DNA from: Mytilus californianus
Taxonomy: Eukaryota
Direction: 5' to 3'
Length of the DNA: 64,000 nucleotides
NCBI RefSeq assembly: GCF_021869535.1
Contig: NW_026262734.1
Location: forward strand, 12,524,001 to 12,588,000
Part shown: positions 27,101-38,596 of the stretch, in pieces
Layout of the letters: every line of letters starts with the position of its first letter
How positions within the stretch are numbered: position 1 is the first letter of the stretch
Program-made: the position numbers and the translations under genes
Notes under the pieces: model-generated
Told to the model about the DNA's origin: nothing
The model's database searches: none
Seen by the model: only the letters and a program-made list of their open reading frames with translations

Positions 27101-30100
27101 GCCACATGTGGAGCAGGATCTGCGTACCCTTCCAGAGCACCTGAGATCACCACCAGATTTTGGTGGGGTTCGTGTTGCTTAGTCTTTAGTTTTCTATGTT
27201 GTGTCATCTGTACTATTATTTGTCTGTTTGTCTTTTTATTTTTTATTCAAACTGAAATGTTATTAAAATTACCCTATCTTTCTAGGAATTTACTGTTTTA
27301 TCCTGAATGGCTGTATAGATTATCTCCCAGTGGTAAAGAATTTTTCCACTTGTGTGATTATGTTCATCAGTTTGCTGAAGATATTATTGAAAAGAGGAAG
27401 CAAGAATTGGTAGGGAAAAATGAAATTATGATAATAAGAAACAACAGTTGATAAATTTTCAGTGTTGTAAGCAAGGTATTTCTGTTAGATGCTTTAATTT
27501 GTTACTTTTAAAATGTTATGATCAGTCATGCTTTATAGTCTTTGAAAAAATTTAAACTCTTGTAGTGTAAGGTTCAGGGATGGATTAAGGCAGGATTGTG
27601 GTGGGTAAACTTTCAATTGCAATGTGTTTACTTTTGCAAAAACTGCGACAACATCAGGTGTGCAATAATAAAAACCTGCATTCATAATTTCAGTACCGTA
27701 GTAATTTACCTTCGTAAAATTTTGAAATTGCATTTATAAGAGTTTTCATTTTTGTCATAGGTCAAGAATTCGCAATTATAAACACAATCTCTTGTGGAGA
27801 GTTGTCTCATTGACAATCATACCACATCTTCTTATTTTTATACACACATTAATTTCTGAATTTACAGTATTATATACAGTGTGGTACTGACATATTTAAT
27901 ATAATAATGACAGTATATTTTGAAAGATTTTTTAAAGTTAATAATTTGAATTGGTTTTTTTTGACAGATGAACAAAGTCAGTATCAACAAGAAAAGACAA
28001 ATGGATTTTCTGGACATTTTATTGACAGCTAAAGATGATAATGGAAAAGGATTGACAGATGAGGAAATAAGAAGTGAAGTCGACACATTTATGTTTGCTG
28101 GTAAGATTTGATAAATTGACAGAAAAAGTTAAAAGATCCTAGGAACTTGTAAACTCATGTCTAAGCCAGCTGAAAACTCCTTTAAATTTTCATTTTCATA
28201 TGAGATTAACCATTTAAAATCTGAAAACAATTAAACCTTAGTTGCAGCTATACAATTCATCCAACACAATGAACATAAAAATGTACTTTTCTATGATGAT
28301 ATTAAAGGATTGTCAGCAAAAAAAGAACAACTAATGAGCAGAAGTAACTATCATTTTTTAAAGCTAGACGAAAAATTCTGATGTCATCAGGTAAAGGGAC
28401 TCTCTCATCTTATTGTCCCAAGCCCCCAAACTTATTTACATTTTCATCTTTTACTTTGTTAATATACAAATTTATTTTATTGGAAATTAAAGATCTTTTT
28501 ACAGCAATAAAGACACCTTTCTACTTTAGTTTTTGATAACTTTTGGTTAGGTAACATTAAATAAACTCTTTGAGTCATGTTTAAGTTTTACAAACTTAAT
28601 TTGGATAGCACAAAACACAACAAAAGTACAATTTGAAATCCATTTTTTTACATTAACGTAACGTAGGTGTACTGGTTTAATTCCCCTTCCTTTTTAACCT
28701 TTCCTTGCATTAGGTTTTTATTAATGCGAATAATGCGACTACATTAGTATCGCAATAATAGCAATAACAAGAACTCGCATTCTGATATCAAATACATATA
28801 TCTTTATGTTGTTTTTCCTAAAATCGCAATAATTAAACTCTCATTTTTGTTAATTTTTCAAAAATCGCAATAATAAATGCATGCAATAATTTCTTAATTT
28901 ACAGTATTATAATTAATTGTAGGTCATGAAACTACAGCAAGTGTTTTGAGTTGGAGTATATATGCTCTTGGTAAATATAAACATATACAGGACAAGGTTT
29001 ATACAGAGGTCAAAAAGGTCATTGGGGACAAACAGCATATAGATGGGCAAGTAGAGTATACACAGGTACAGGTAATAAGAAGTGTCTGAAATTTTCATGA
29101 AATATAAGGTGTTTTAAATTTTGTTTTACACAACTTCAGGCCCAATTACTTTTATAATATTCACCAGTTTTTAATTTAAAGTAAGCGCAATCAAACAGTA
29201 GCATTAGTAATAGATAAACAGAGTGATCATCCTGTAGATGCTCTGTGCAGGTTTATTGTATGTTTTAGTTGTACAACATATTGTCTAGATGGGCAAAAGG
29301 GGAAGCTTGTGAAAACACGAAACTGGTTTAACCCCAGTACATTTTGTGTCTTTACCAGGTCAGACTATCTGAACTTCTTTGATTTTGAGGCCACTTATAT
29401 AACCAGTAATACATTTACTCTTTAGGTTATTTTAATTTCTCTTATATATTCTTGGTTTTAAGTGGTCAATTTAATTCATATTGTTATCTAACTTAAAATG
29501 AAAGCTGGTGAATCACAAATTTGTCTGATGAAACAGGTGGATTACACACCTTAAAAAATTTGGAGGCAGAAATTTCATTGGCTGATGAAATAATGAACAG
29601 AACAGAAATTAAAACAGAGTGACTCAGATCCTTGTAAGCCAAGCGTGGACACAGGATCTGTATTTTTTAAATAAGATTGGAAATCTCGTTGACAGTAAGG
29701 AAAACACTTCCAATAATAAAGATAAATTGTAGTTGATTTTTAACCTTTGATAAAGATCTGACAGTGTTTACAATCCTGTAAAATTATGTCTGCATTTATA
29801 ATTGGATATTATAATTTCAGTGATGATATATCTGAGATGAAGTACCTGTCTTGTTTCCTAAAGGAAGTGATGAGACATTATACTCCAGTTCCTCTTATAG
29901 CCAGGACACTGGAGAAACCCACTGTAGTCAATGGAGTAGAACTTCCAGAGGGAATACTCACAATTCTAGGAATTCATAGTGGCCATCACCATCCAGATGT
30001 ATGGGAAGATCCTTGGGTATGTACAATAAATATTGATGATTTAAGGAGACTCATTAGGGTATCTTCACACAGATGTTTTGGATGATCTATTGGTAGGTAC

Positions 30101-33100
30101 AATGAAATAAGCAATTAAAGGAGAGCAGATGCCATCAGTACCCAGGTTTATGGGATGCTCCATGGGTAAGTAGAAAAAATAGGGAAATTTAAGGAAGATC
30201 CAATGATAATCACCACTCAAATGTGTTGAAGGAGCCTTTGGTATAGCAAGAAAAAATAGACTATAATGAACAGACTCAATAGCCATTACCACTCATATTT
30301 GTGGAATGATTAATGGTTTGGTGCAATAAATAAGAATTCCAGAAGACAAGGTAGCCTCCAGATTTGATGAAAAGTGAAAGAGTAAGTAGGAGGAATAATG
30401 AGGATTCTAGGGATATATAGCAGGCACTATATTGGTATAGTGTGTAAGGTATTTGTAAATCCTTAAAAAAATTCCAATCAAGGACTACAATGGTTTCATA
30501 TGAATGTCCAATTCATTGGTATTTTTTCCTTGGGTATATAAAGACATTTCATGTTCGATGTAACAATATGCACACTTTTGTAGCTTTATGAATTGCCCTC
30601 AAAAAAGCAATTAGCATTGTAATATAAAAATAAGAAGATGTGGTATGATTGCAAATGAGACAACTATCCACCAAAATTCAAATGAAGTGGATGTAAGCAA
30701 TTATAGGCAACTGTACGGCCTTCAACAATGAGAAAAACCAATACCATATGATTGGCTATAAAAGACCCCAACATGAAAAATATGAAACAAAGTTTGCTTA
30801 AGGGTCTACCATTTTAGGGGTAAACAGTGACCATTTTCACACTTGGTTTGGTCTGAGGAGTAAAAAATAAAGTTAAAACATAAAATAAAATTTATGATCT
30901 TTTATATCAGATTTATTAAATTTAAGATTTTCTCTCATATATGTTACCAATGAAATATCGATTAAAGCTATGTATAAGTTAGGGTTTTGAATTTTTTTTT
31001 AAGTGAAACCCAAATCTTTTGAAAATTTGAAATTGATAACTGTACTGCAGTGCCATATTTGTTATCAAGTTCTACTTATAATTTTGAAGGTATTTAAACC
31101 TGAGAGATTTGAAGGCAGTATACAACGTGACATGGATCCTTACAGTTTTACTCCATTCTCTGCTGGACCAAGGTATGACTAATGGAATCAGAGCATTTTA
31201 ACTAGAAATATATTTACTGCTTATTATTTTAATCTTTGAAAAGTTTTTTTTTTAAAAAGGAAAAGGTTAAATGCAACAAACACATTTTTGTAATTTCATG
31301 AAATCATAAAACTAGATTCAGGATGTATGTCAATGAGACAGCCACCCAAGAAGACAAAGAACCAAAAGTTCAACATTCTTCATGAATTTAGGTTTACTTT
31401 CTTCTTTCATACTTATAAAAGACTTCTGATTTTTAAAATCAGAAAATTCATACATTTTCATCTGGTGTATTGCATTATCAGCTGTCTTTACTCAAGAAAA
31501 TGTAGGTGTGAATGTTGACTATATATAATACTTAATGTACTTATCATTTTTATTGATATATATTATGCCTTGCGAATTATTGCATTTTTTATATAGCCCA
31601 TCGTGTACATTTTCAATATAATTTAATCTTCAAAACCTCAACTTTGCTCATTAAAATTTAGGATCAGGTAATTATATGTTTAACAGCTTTATTTTGTAAG
31701 GAATTGTTTCAACAAAGTTGTTTTATATATTTTGGTAGAAACTGTATTGGACAGTCATTTGCACAAAGTGAAGAGAAAGTTCTTATAGCCAGAATTATCA
31801 ACAGGTATATATAGGATATTTCAAAGGAAATTTTAAAAGATGTGGGGTATATGACATTGAGACTCAAACATCAAACCATTGACACAAATAGTCAAAATAC
31901 ATGTAGAGGGCAAATTAACAGTTTTCTGTAATTATAATGTGTTGAGAAAAATGTTTAATAATTAAATAGAAACTGTCAAAGATCTTTCATCAATACCAAA
32001 TTCTCCAAGTAACAATTTTTTTTCAAATATGACATAAAACAACCACTAGTAAGATTGATGCTTTAGGACAGACTTCAATACTTCATCAATATTTATTGGA
32101 AAGCAATTTTCATGATTTTAATGGTTTTAGGGGGTAGTTCAAAACCACAAGCTCAAATTTTTGTTGATTCAGAAATACGAATTTGTAGTTACTGTCATAG
32201 CAGCAAATGACACAACTACAAATTTGGTACCCACCAAATAGAATTTTGCTCTCCAACCAGAAACATCTACTGGGGTTTACCAACAAAAATAAATGAATCC
32301 ACAGTAGATGATTAAGAAACAGTTTTCACTTGGAGTTCTGATTCATGCTGCTAGCATCTTTAATACCCAATTTACTGATACAAACATCACATGTTCACAG
32401 AGTAATAGCTGTTAATGATCAAAAGAATTTTTCAATTTTGCTTATGTGGGATATTCATCAATGAAATATCTATCTAATGACCACGATACCCAAGAAAAGA
32501 CATCTAGAGATCAAAAATATGTTTTCTTTTAACAATACACAAGTGTTTTTGGACTATACCAAGATGAATATAGCTCTTGGTTTAGGAAAGTTGTGAAAGA
32601 GCTGGACGAAAAGGCAATATTAATTTTTAGTGTAGTTTAATTTGTTTTTTCGAAAGATAAACATCGAAATTATGTTAAGTAATGCAAACAGTTTAATAGG
32701 GAATAGTATGTATGTACTGTAAATATTAAACTTAGATTAGAGACTATTCGTTTTTGTAAGCAGCCAAATGGATTATGGATAAAATGATATTGGTATAACA
32801 TTGTCATCGAAACTTGAAGTCCCAAACCTTTAAATTTTATATTGCAACAAGAACCTAGGAATCTATTTTAATCAAAATGTGATAATGAGTAGAGTGAAGA
32901 TTTTCTTTAGAAACTGATCCTTGCTTAAATCAGAAACCGGTATGATCTCTTACACTAGGGCTTTCACTTACAATTCCGAAGTTATCTATTTCCTGAAAAA
33001 TTAAGATGGTATAGCTTATCACATTAAATACAAGTTTGCAGACAAGATGAGAGGAAATATACATATGAAATTATGCATTGAAATAATTCCTTACTCGTTT

Positions 33101-33206
33101 CAGATTTGAAATTTTGTTGGATCCTGACCATAAGGTAGAGCCTTTCATTGAATTTGTAATGAGAGCTAAAAATGGAATAATGGTCAGTTTTAAAGACAGG
33201 AGTTGA
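21164..33206 (+). CDS. Cytochrome P450, CYP4 clan (CYP4F-like), 12 coding exons, 503 aa
   Basis: Exons: 21164-21328, 23320-23521, 24171-24298, 24705-24829, 25687-25749, 27286-27409, 27968-28100, 28923-29046, 29821-30016, 31090-31172, 31739-31804, 33104-33206; total 1512 nt, frame intact. N-terminal anchor plus [39 protein letters not shown] (I-helix), KEVMR (ExxR), FKPERF, FSAGPRNCIG (heme Cys). Intron 8 needs a GC donor. Confidence 0.95.
21378..21672. repeat. 32-bp minisatellite, ~9 copies, CYP4 intron 1
   Basis: Unit TTGCATGAACTGTATTGTAGAATTAATTCCCT; GCATG at 21381, 21413, 21445 and so on. Confidence 0.95.
22026..22810 (-). mobile_element. Decayed LINE (L2/CR1-group) ORF2 C-terminal fragment, CYP4 intron 1
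   Basis: Frameshifted pieces [50 protein letters not shown]...[20 protein letters not shown]. Confidence 0.8.
23761..23939. repeat. Five-unit tandem repeat alternating 36- and 34-bp monomers (70-bp dimer)
   Basis: AGAAACCTTAGACACATGTTAATGTAGACAATACAA alternates with a CA-deleted copy; period 70 (23761, 23831, 23901). Confidence 0.92.
25348..25536. mobile_element. PIF/Harbinger-type MITE with 3-bp TSD (TGA)
   Basis: TGA|GGGCTATTCCATTAAAAT...TGGGAGGGTAGGAAGGGA and TCCCTTCCTACCCTCCCA...TTTTAATGGAATAGCCC|TGA. Confidence 0.8.
25785..26050 (+). mobile_element. tRNA-derived SINE of a second family
   Basis: Head GGGGCCTTTGTGGTCAAGTGGTCTAAG, core TTCCGGCTTCCTCCACCAATAAAAACTGAC, (CAAT)n tail. Confidence 0.72.
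26310..27240 (+). mobile_element. 5'-truncated Penelope-like retroelement: RT core/thumb plus 3' terminal repeat, in CYP4 intron 5
   Basis: ORF 26229-26939 with [23 protein letters not shown] and YISQLIRY; continues past an in-frame TGA to TAG at 27011. The tail 27075-27240 recurs elsewhere in the window. Confidence 0.82.
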
Positions 33207-33358
33207 TATATATTTAAGATAGAAATTGAAGAAAATTCCATAGAAATGCAGTCTTTGATTTATGACTGATTCAGAAGAAATTCCCTATAAGCTGAATTGA
33301 TGTTTTAAACATTTGTTGTCTCAGGGTATTTGTGATACTTTTTATACAATTATTTATA

Positions 33359-33364
33359 AATAAA
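33359..33364 (+). terminator. Putative CYP4 polyadenylation signal AATAAA
   Basis: First canonical hexamer ~150 nt after the CYP4 stop, followed by T-rich sequence. Confidence 0.45.
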
Positions 33365-33424
33365 ATTAATTATATTACATATTTTTTTTTGTATTTGCAT
33401 TTCTGTTATTCTAAATCATTTGAT

Positions 33425-33545
33425 GCAAGTTTTTTTCTCCCCCGGTCAAAGATCTTTCTTATGAAATTTTGGTTTTTGATGCTCTTCATCTTTGCAATAA
33501 TTTGGCTTTCACACTGTTTTATTTGAGTACCACTGAGGAGTCTTG
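33425..33545 (+). mobile_element. Decayed 5' part of a hammerhead-ribozyme retrozyme-type repeat leading into the satellite
   Basis: TTTGATGCTCTTCA...TTTGGCTTT...TTTGAGTACCACTGAGGAGTCTT is colinear with the mussel HHR repeat as I recall it (…ATGCTCTTCAACTTCG…TTTGGCTTT…TGAGCGTCACTGATGAGTCTTATGTAGACGAAACGCGCGTCTGG). Recalled, not aligned. Confidence 0.65.
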
Positions 33546-36500
33546 TGTTGTGTTATTTGAGTACCACTGAGGAGTCTTATATTGAGTTATTTGAGTACCA
33601 CTGATGAGTCTCATGTTAAGTTATTTGAGTACCACTGATGAGTCTCATGTTGAGTTATTTGAGTACCACTGATGAGTCTCATGTTAAGTTATTTGAGTAC
33701 CACTGATGAGTCTCATGTTAAGTTATTTGAGTACCACTGATGAGTCTCATGTTGTGTTATTTGAGTACCACTGATAAGTCTCATGTTGAGTTATTTGAGT
33801 ACCACTGATGTCAGAGTCTTATGTTGAGTTATTTGAGTACCACTGATGAGTCTCATGTTGAGTTATTTGAGTACCACTGATGAGTTTTGTGTTGTGTAAT
33901 TTGAGTACCACTGATGAGTCTCATGTTGAGTTATTTGAGTACCACTGATGAGTCTCATATTGAGTTATTTAAGTACCACTGGTGAGTCTCATGTTGTGTT
34001 ATTTGAGTACCACTGATGAGTCTTTATGTTGAGTTATTTGAGTACCACTGATGAGTCTCATGTTGAGTTATTTGAGTACCACTGATGAGTCTTGTGTTGA
34101 GTTATTTGAGTACCACTGAGGAGTCTTGTGTTGTGTTATTTGAGTACCACTGAGGAGTCTTATATTGAGTTATTTGAGTATCACTGATGAGTCTCGTGTT
34201 AAGATATTTGAGTACCACTGATGTCAGTCTTATGTTGAGTTATGTGAGTACCACTGATGAGTCTCATGTTGAGTTATTTGAGTACCACTGATGAGTTTTG
34301 TGTTGTGTTATTTGAGTACCACTGATGAGTCTCATGTTGAGTTATTTGAGTACCACTGATGAGTCTCATGTTGAGTTATTTGAGTACCACTGGTGAGTCT
34401 CATGTTGTGTTATTTGAGTACCACTGATGAGTCTTGTGTTGAGTTATTTGAGTACCACTGATGAGTCTTGTGTTGTGTTATTTAAGTACCAATGAGGAGT
34501 CTTATATTGAGTTATTTGAGTACCACTGATGAGTCTCATGTTGAGTTATTTGAGTACCACTGATGAGTCTTGTGTTGAGTTATTTGAGTACCACTGAGGA
34601 GTCTTGTGTTGTGTTATTTGAGTACCACTGAGGAGTCTTATATTGAGTTATTTGAGTATCACTGATGAGTCTCATGTTAAGATATTTGAGTACCACTGAT
34701 GTCAGTCTTATGTTGAGTTATGTGAGTACCACTGATGAGTCTCATGTTGAGTTATTTGAGTACCACTGATGAGTTTTGTGTTGTGTATTTGAATACCACT
34801 GATGAGTCTCATGTTGAGTTATTTGAGTACCACTAATGAGTCTGATGTTGAGTTATTTGAGTACCACTGGTGAGTCTCGTGTTGTGTTATTTGAGTACCA
34901 CTGATGAGTCTTGTGTTGTGTTATTTGAGTACCACTGATGAGTTTTGTATTGTGTTATTTGATTACCACTGATGAGTGTTATGTTGTGTTATTTGAGTAA
35001 CACTGATCACTCTTATGTTGTGTTATTTGAGTACCACTGATCACTCTTATGTTGAGTTATTTGAGTACCACTGATGAGTCTTATGTTGTGTTATTTGAGT
35101 ACCACTGATGAGTCTTGTGTTGAGTTATTTGAGTACCACTGATGAGTTTTGTGTTGTGTTATTTGAGTACCACTGATGAGTCTTATGTTGTGTCATTTGA
35201 GTACCACGGATGAGTCTTGTGTTGTGTTATTTGAGTACCACTGATGAGTCTTATGTTGTGTTATTTAATACCACTGATTAGTCTTGTGTTGAGTTATTTG
35301 AGTACCACTGATGAGTTTTGTGTTGTGTTATTTGAGTACCACTGATGAGTCTTGTGTTGTGTTATTTGAGTACCACTGATGAGTTTTGTGTTGTATTATT
35401 TGAGTACTACTGATGAATCTTTTGTTGTGTTATTTGAGTACCACTGATGAGTCTGATGTTGAGGTATTTGAGTACCACTGATGAGTTTTGTGTTGTGTTA
35501 TTTGAGTACCACTGATGAGTTTTGTGTTGTGTTATTTGAGTACCACTGATGAGTTTTGTGTTGTGTTATTTGAGTACCACTGATGAGTCTCAAGTTGAGT
35601 TATTTGAGTACCACTGATGAGTTTTGTGTTGTGTTATTTGAGTACCACTGATGAGTCTTGTGTTAAGTTATTAGAGTACCACTGATGAGTCTTGTGTTGA
35701 GTTATTTGAGTACCACTGATGAATCTTGTGTTGTGTTATTTGAGTACCACTGATGAGTCTCATGTTGAGTTATTTGAGTACCACTGATGAGTTTTGTGTT
35801 GTGTTATTTGAGTACCACTGATGAGTCTCATGTTGAGTTATTTGAGTACCACTGATGAGTTTTGTGTTGTGTTATTTGAGTACCACTGATGAGTTTTGTG
35901 TTGAGCTATTTGAGTACCACTGATGAGTCTCATGTTGAGTTATTTGAGTACCACTGATGAGTCTCATGTTGAGCTATTTGAGTACCACTGATGAGTTTTG
36001 TGTTGTGTTATTTGAGTACCACTGATGAGTCTCATGTTGAGTTATTTGAGTACCACTGATGAGTCTCATATTGAGTTATTTAAGTACCACTGGTGAGTCT
36101 CATGTTGTGTTATTTGAGTACCACTGATGAGTTTTGTGTTGTGTTATTTGAGTACCACTGATGAGTCTCATGTTGAGTTATTTGAGTACCACTGATGAGT
36201 CTCATGTTGAGTTTTTTGAGTACCACTGATGAGTTTTGTGTTGTGTTATTTGAGTACCACTGATGAGTTTTGTGTTGAGCTATTTGAGTACCACTGATGA
36301 GTCTCATGTTGAGTTATTTGAGTACCACTGATGAGTCTCATGTTGAGCTATTTGAGTACCACTGATGAGTTTTGTGTTGTGTTATTTGAGTACCACTGAT
36401 GAGTCTCATGTTGAGTTATTTGAGTACCACTGATGAGTCTCATATTGAGTTATTTAAGTACCACTGGTGAGTCTCATGTTGTGTTATTTGAGTACCACTG

Positions 36501-38596
36501 ATGAGTTTTGTGTTGTGTTATTTGAGTACCACTGATGAGTCTCATGTTGAGTTATTTGAGTACCACTGATGAGTCTCATGTTGAGTTTTTTGAGTACCAC
36601 TGGTGAGTTTCATGTTGTGTTATTTGAGTACCACTGATGAGTCTTGTGTTGAGTTATTTGAGTACCACTGATGAGTCTTGTGTTGAGTTATTTGAGTACC
36701 ACTGATGAGTCTCATATTGAGTTATTTGAGTACCACTGGTGAGTCTCATGTTGTGTTATTTGAGTACCACTGATGAGTTTTGTGTTGTGTTATTTGAGTA
36801 CCACTGATGAGTCTCATGTTGAGTTATTTGAGTACCACTGATGAGTCTCATGTTGAGTTTTTTGAGTACCACTGGTGAGTTTCATGTTGTGTTATTTGAG
36901 TACCACTGATGAGTCTTGTGTTGAGTTATTTGAGTACCACTGATGAGTCTTGTGTTGTGTTATTTGAGTACCACTGAGGAGTCTTATATTGAGTTATTTG
37001 AGTACCACTGATGAGTCTCATGTTAAGTTATTTGAGTACCACTGATGAGTCTCATGTTGAGTTATTTGAGTACCACTGATGAGTCTTGTGTTGAGTTATT
37101 TGAGTACCACTGAGGAGTCTTGTGTTGTGTTATTTGAGTACCACTGAGGAGTCTTATATTGAGTTATTTGAGTATCACTGATGAGTCTCATGTTAAGATA
37201 TTTGAGTACCACTGATGTCAGTCTTATGTTGAGTTATGTGAGTACCACTGATGAGTCTCATGTTGAGTTATTTGAGTACCACTGATGAGTTTTGTGTTGT
37301 GTATTTGAGTACCACTGATGAGTCTCATGTTGAGTTATTTGAGTACCACTAATGAGTCTGATGTTGAGTTATTTGAGTACCACTGGTGAGTCTCGTGTTG
37401 TGTTATTTGAGTACCACTGATGAGTCTTGTGTTGTGTTATTTGAGTACCACTGATGAGTTTTGTGTTGTGTTATTTGAGTACCACTGATGAGTCTTGTGT
37501 TGAGTTATTTGAGTACCACTGATGAGTCTCATGTTGAGTTATTTGAGTACCACTGATGAGTTTTGTGTTGTGTTATTTGAGTACCACTGATGAGTCTCAT
37601 GTTGAGTTATTTGAGTACCACTGATGAGTCTTATGTTGTGTGATTTGAGTACCACTGATGAGTCTTGTGTTGAGTTATTTGAGTACCACTGATGAGTTTT
37701 GTGTTGTGTTATTTGAGTACCACTGATGAGTTTTGTGTTGAGTTATTTGAGTACCACTGATGAGTTTTGTGTTGTGTTATTTGAGTACCACTGATGAGTC
37801 TTGTGTTGTGTTATTTGAGTACCACTGATGAGTCTTATGTTGTGTTATTTGAGTACCACTGATGAGTCTCATGTTGTGTTATTTGAGTACCACTGAGGAG
37901 TCTCATGTTGAGTTTTTTTAGTACCACTGATGAGTCTCATGTTGAGTTATTTGAGTACCACTGATGAGTCTCATGTTGAGTTATTTGACTACCACTGATG
38001 AGTTTTGTGTTGTGTTATTTGAGTACTACTGATGAGTCTTGTGTTGTGTTATTTGAGTACCACTGATGTCAGAGTCTCATGTTGAATTATTTGAGTACCA
38101 CTGATGAGTTTTGTGTTGTGTTATTTGAGTACCACTGATGAATCTTGTGTTGTGTTATTTGAGTACCACTGATGAGTCTTGTGTTGTGTTATTTGAGTAC
38201 CACTGATGAGTCTCATGTTGAGTTATTTGAGTACCACTGATGAGTTTTGTGTTGTGTTATTTGAGTACCACTGATGAGTTTTGTGTTGTGTTATTTGAGT
38301 ACCACTGATGAATTTTGTGTTGTGTTATTTGAGTACCACTGATGAGTCTCATGTTGTGTTATTTGAGTACCACTGATGAGTTTTGTGTTGTGTTATTTGA
38401 GTACCACTGATGAGTCTTATGTTGTGTTATTTGAGTACCACTGAGGAGTCTTATGTTGTGTTATTTGAGTAGCACTGATGAGTCTCATGTTGTGTTATTT
38501 GAGTACCACTGATGAGTCTCATGTTGTGTTATTTGAGTACCACTGATGAGTCGTATGATGAGTTATTTGAGTACCACTGATGAGTCTTATGTTGAG
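33519..38596 (+). repeat. 34-bp tandem satellite, ~149 copies; consensus TTATTTGAGTACCACTGATGAGTCTCATGTTGAG with variant tail ...GTTTTGTGTTGTG
   Basis: Period measured directly (CTGATG at 33601 and 33635); 5078 bp / 34; near-constant 23-bp core plus an 11-bp variable tail with only a few alleles. Confidence 0.97.

Noticed and set aside
31697-31710. AG|G AAT TGT as an alternative acceptor for the CYP4 heme-Cys exon
   Set aside because: It gives RNCFNK and loses CIG; the 31739 acceptor gives the canonical RNCIGQ.
36110-36307. 65-aa repetitive ORF
   Set aside because: Chance frame through satellite variants.
33519-38596. CRISPR-like look (constant 23-bp core plus variable 11-bp segment)
   Set aside because: The variable part has only a few related alleles rather than unique spacers, is too short, there are no cas genes, and the context is a spliced eukaryotic genome.
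33519-38596. Intact self-cleaving hammerhead in the array
   Set aside because: No GAAA(C), stem III or cleavage triplet follows any CTGATGA that I could see; other CTGATGA hits in the window also lack the second half.
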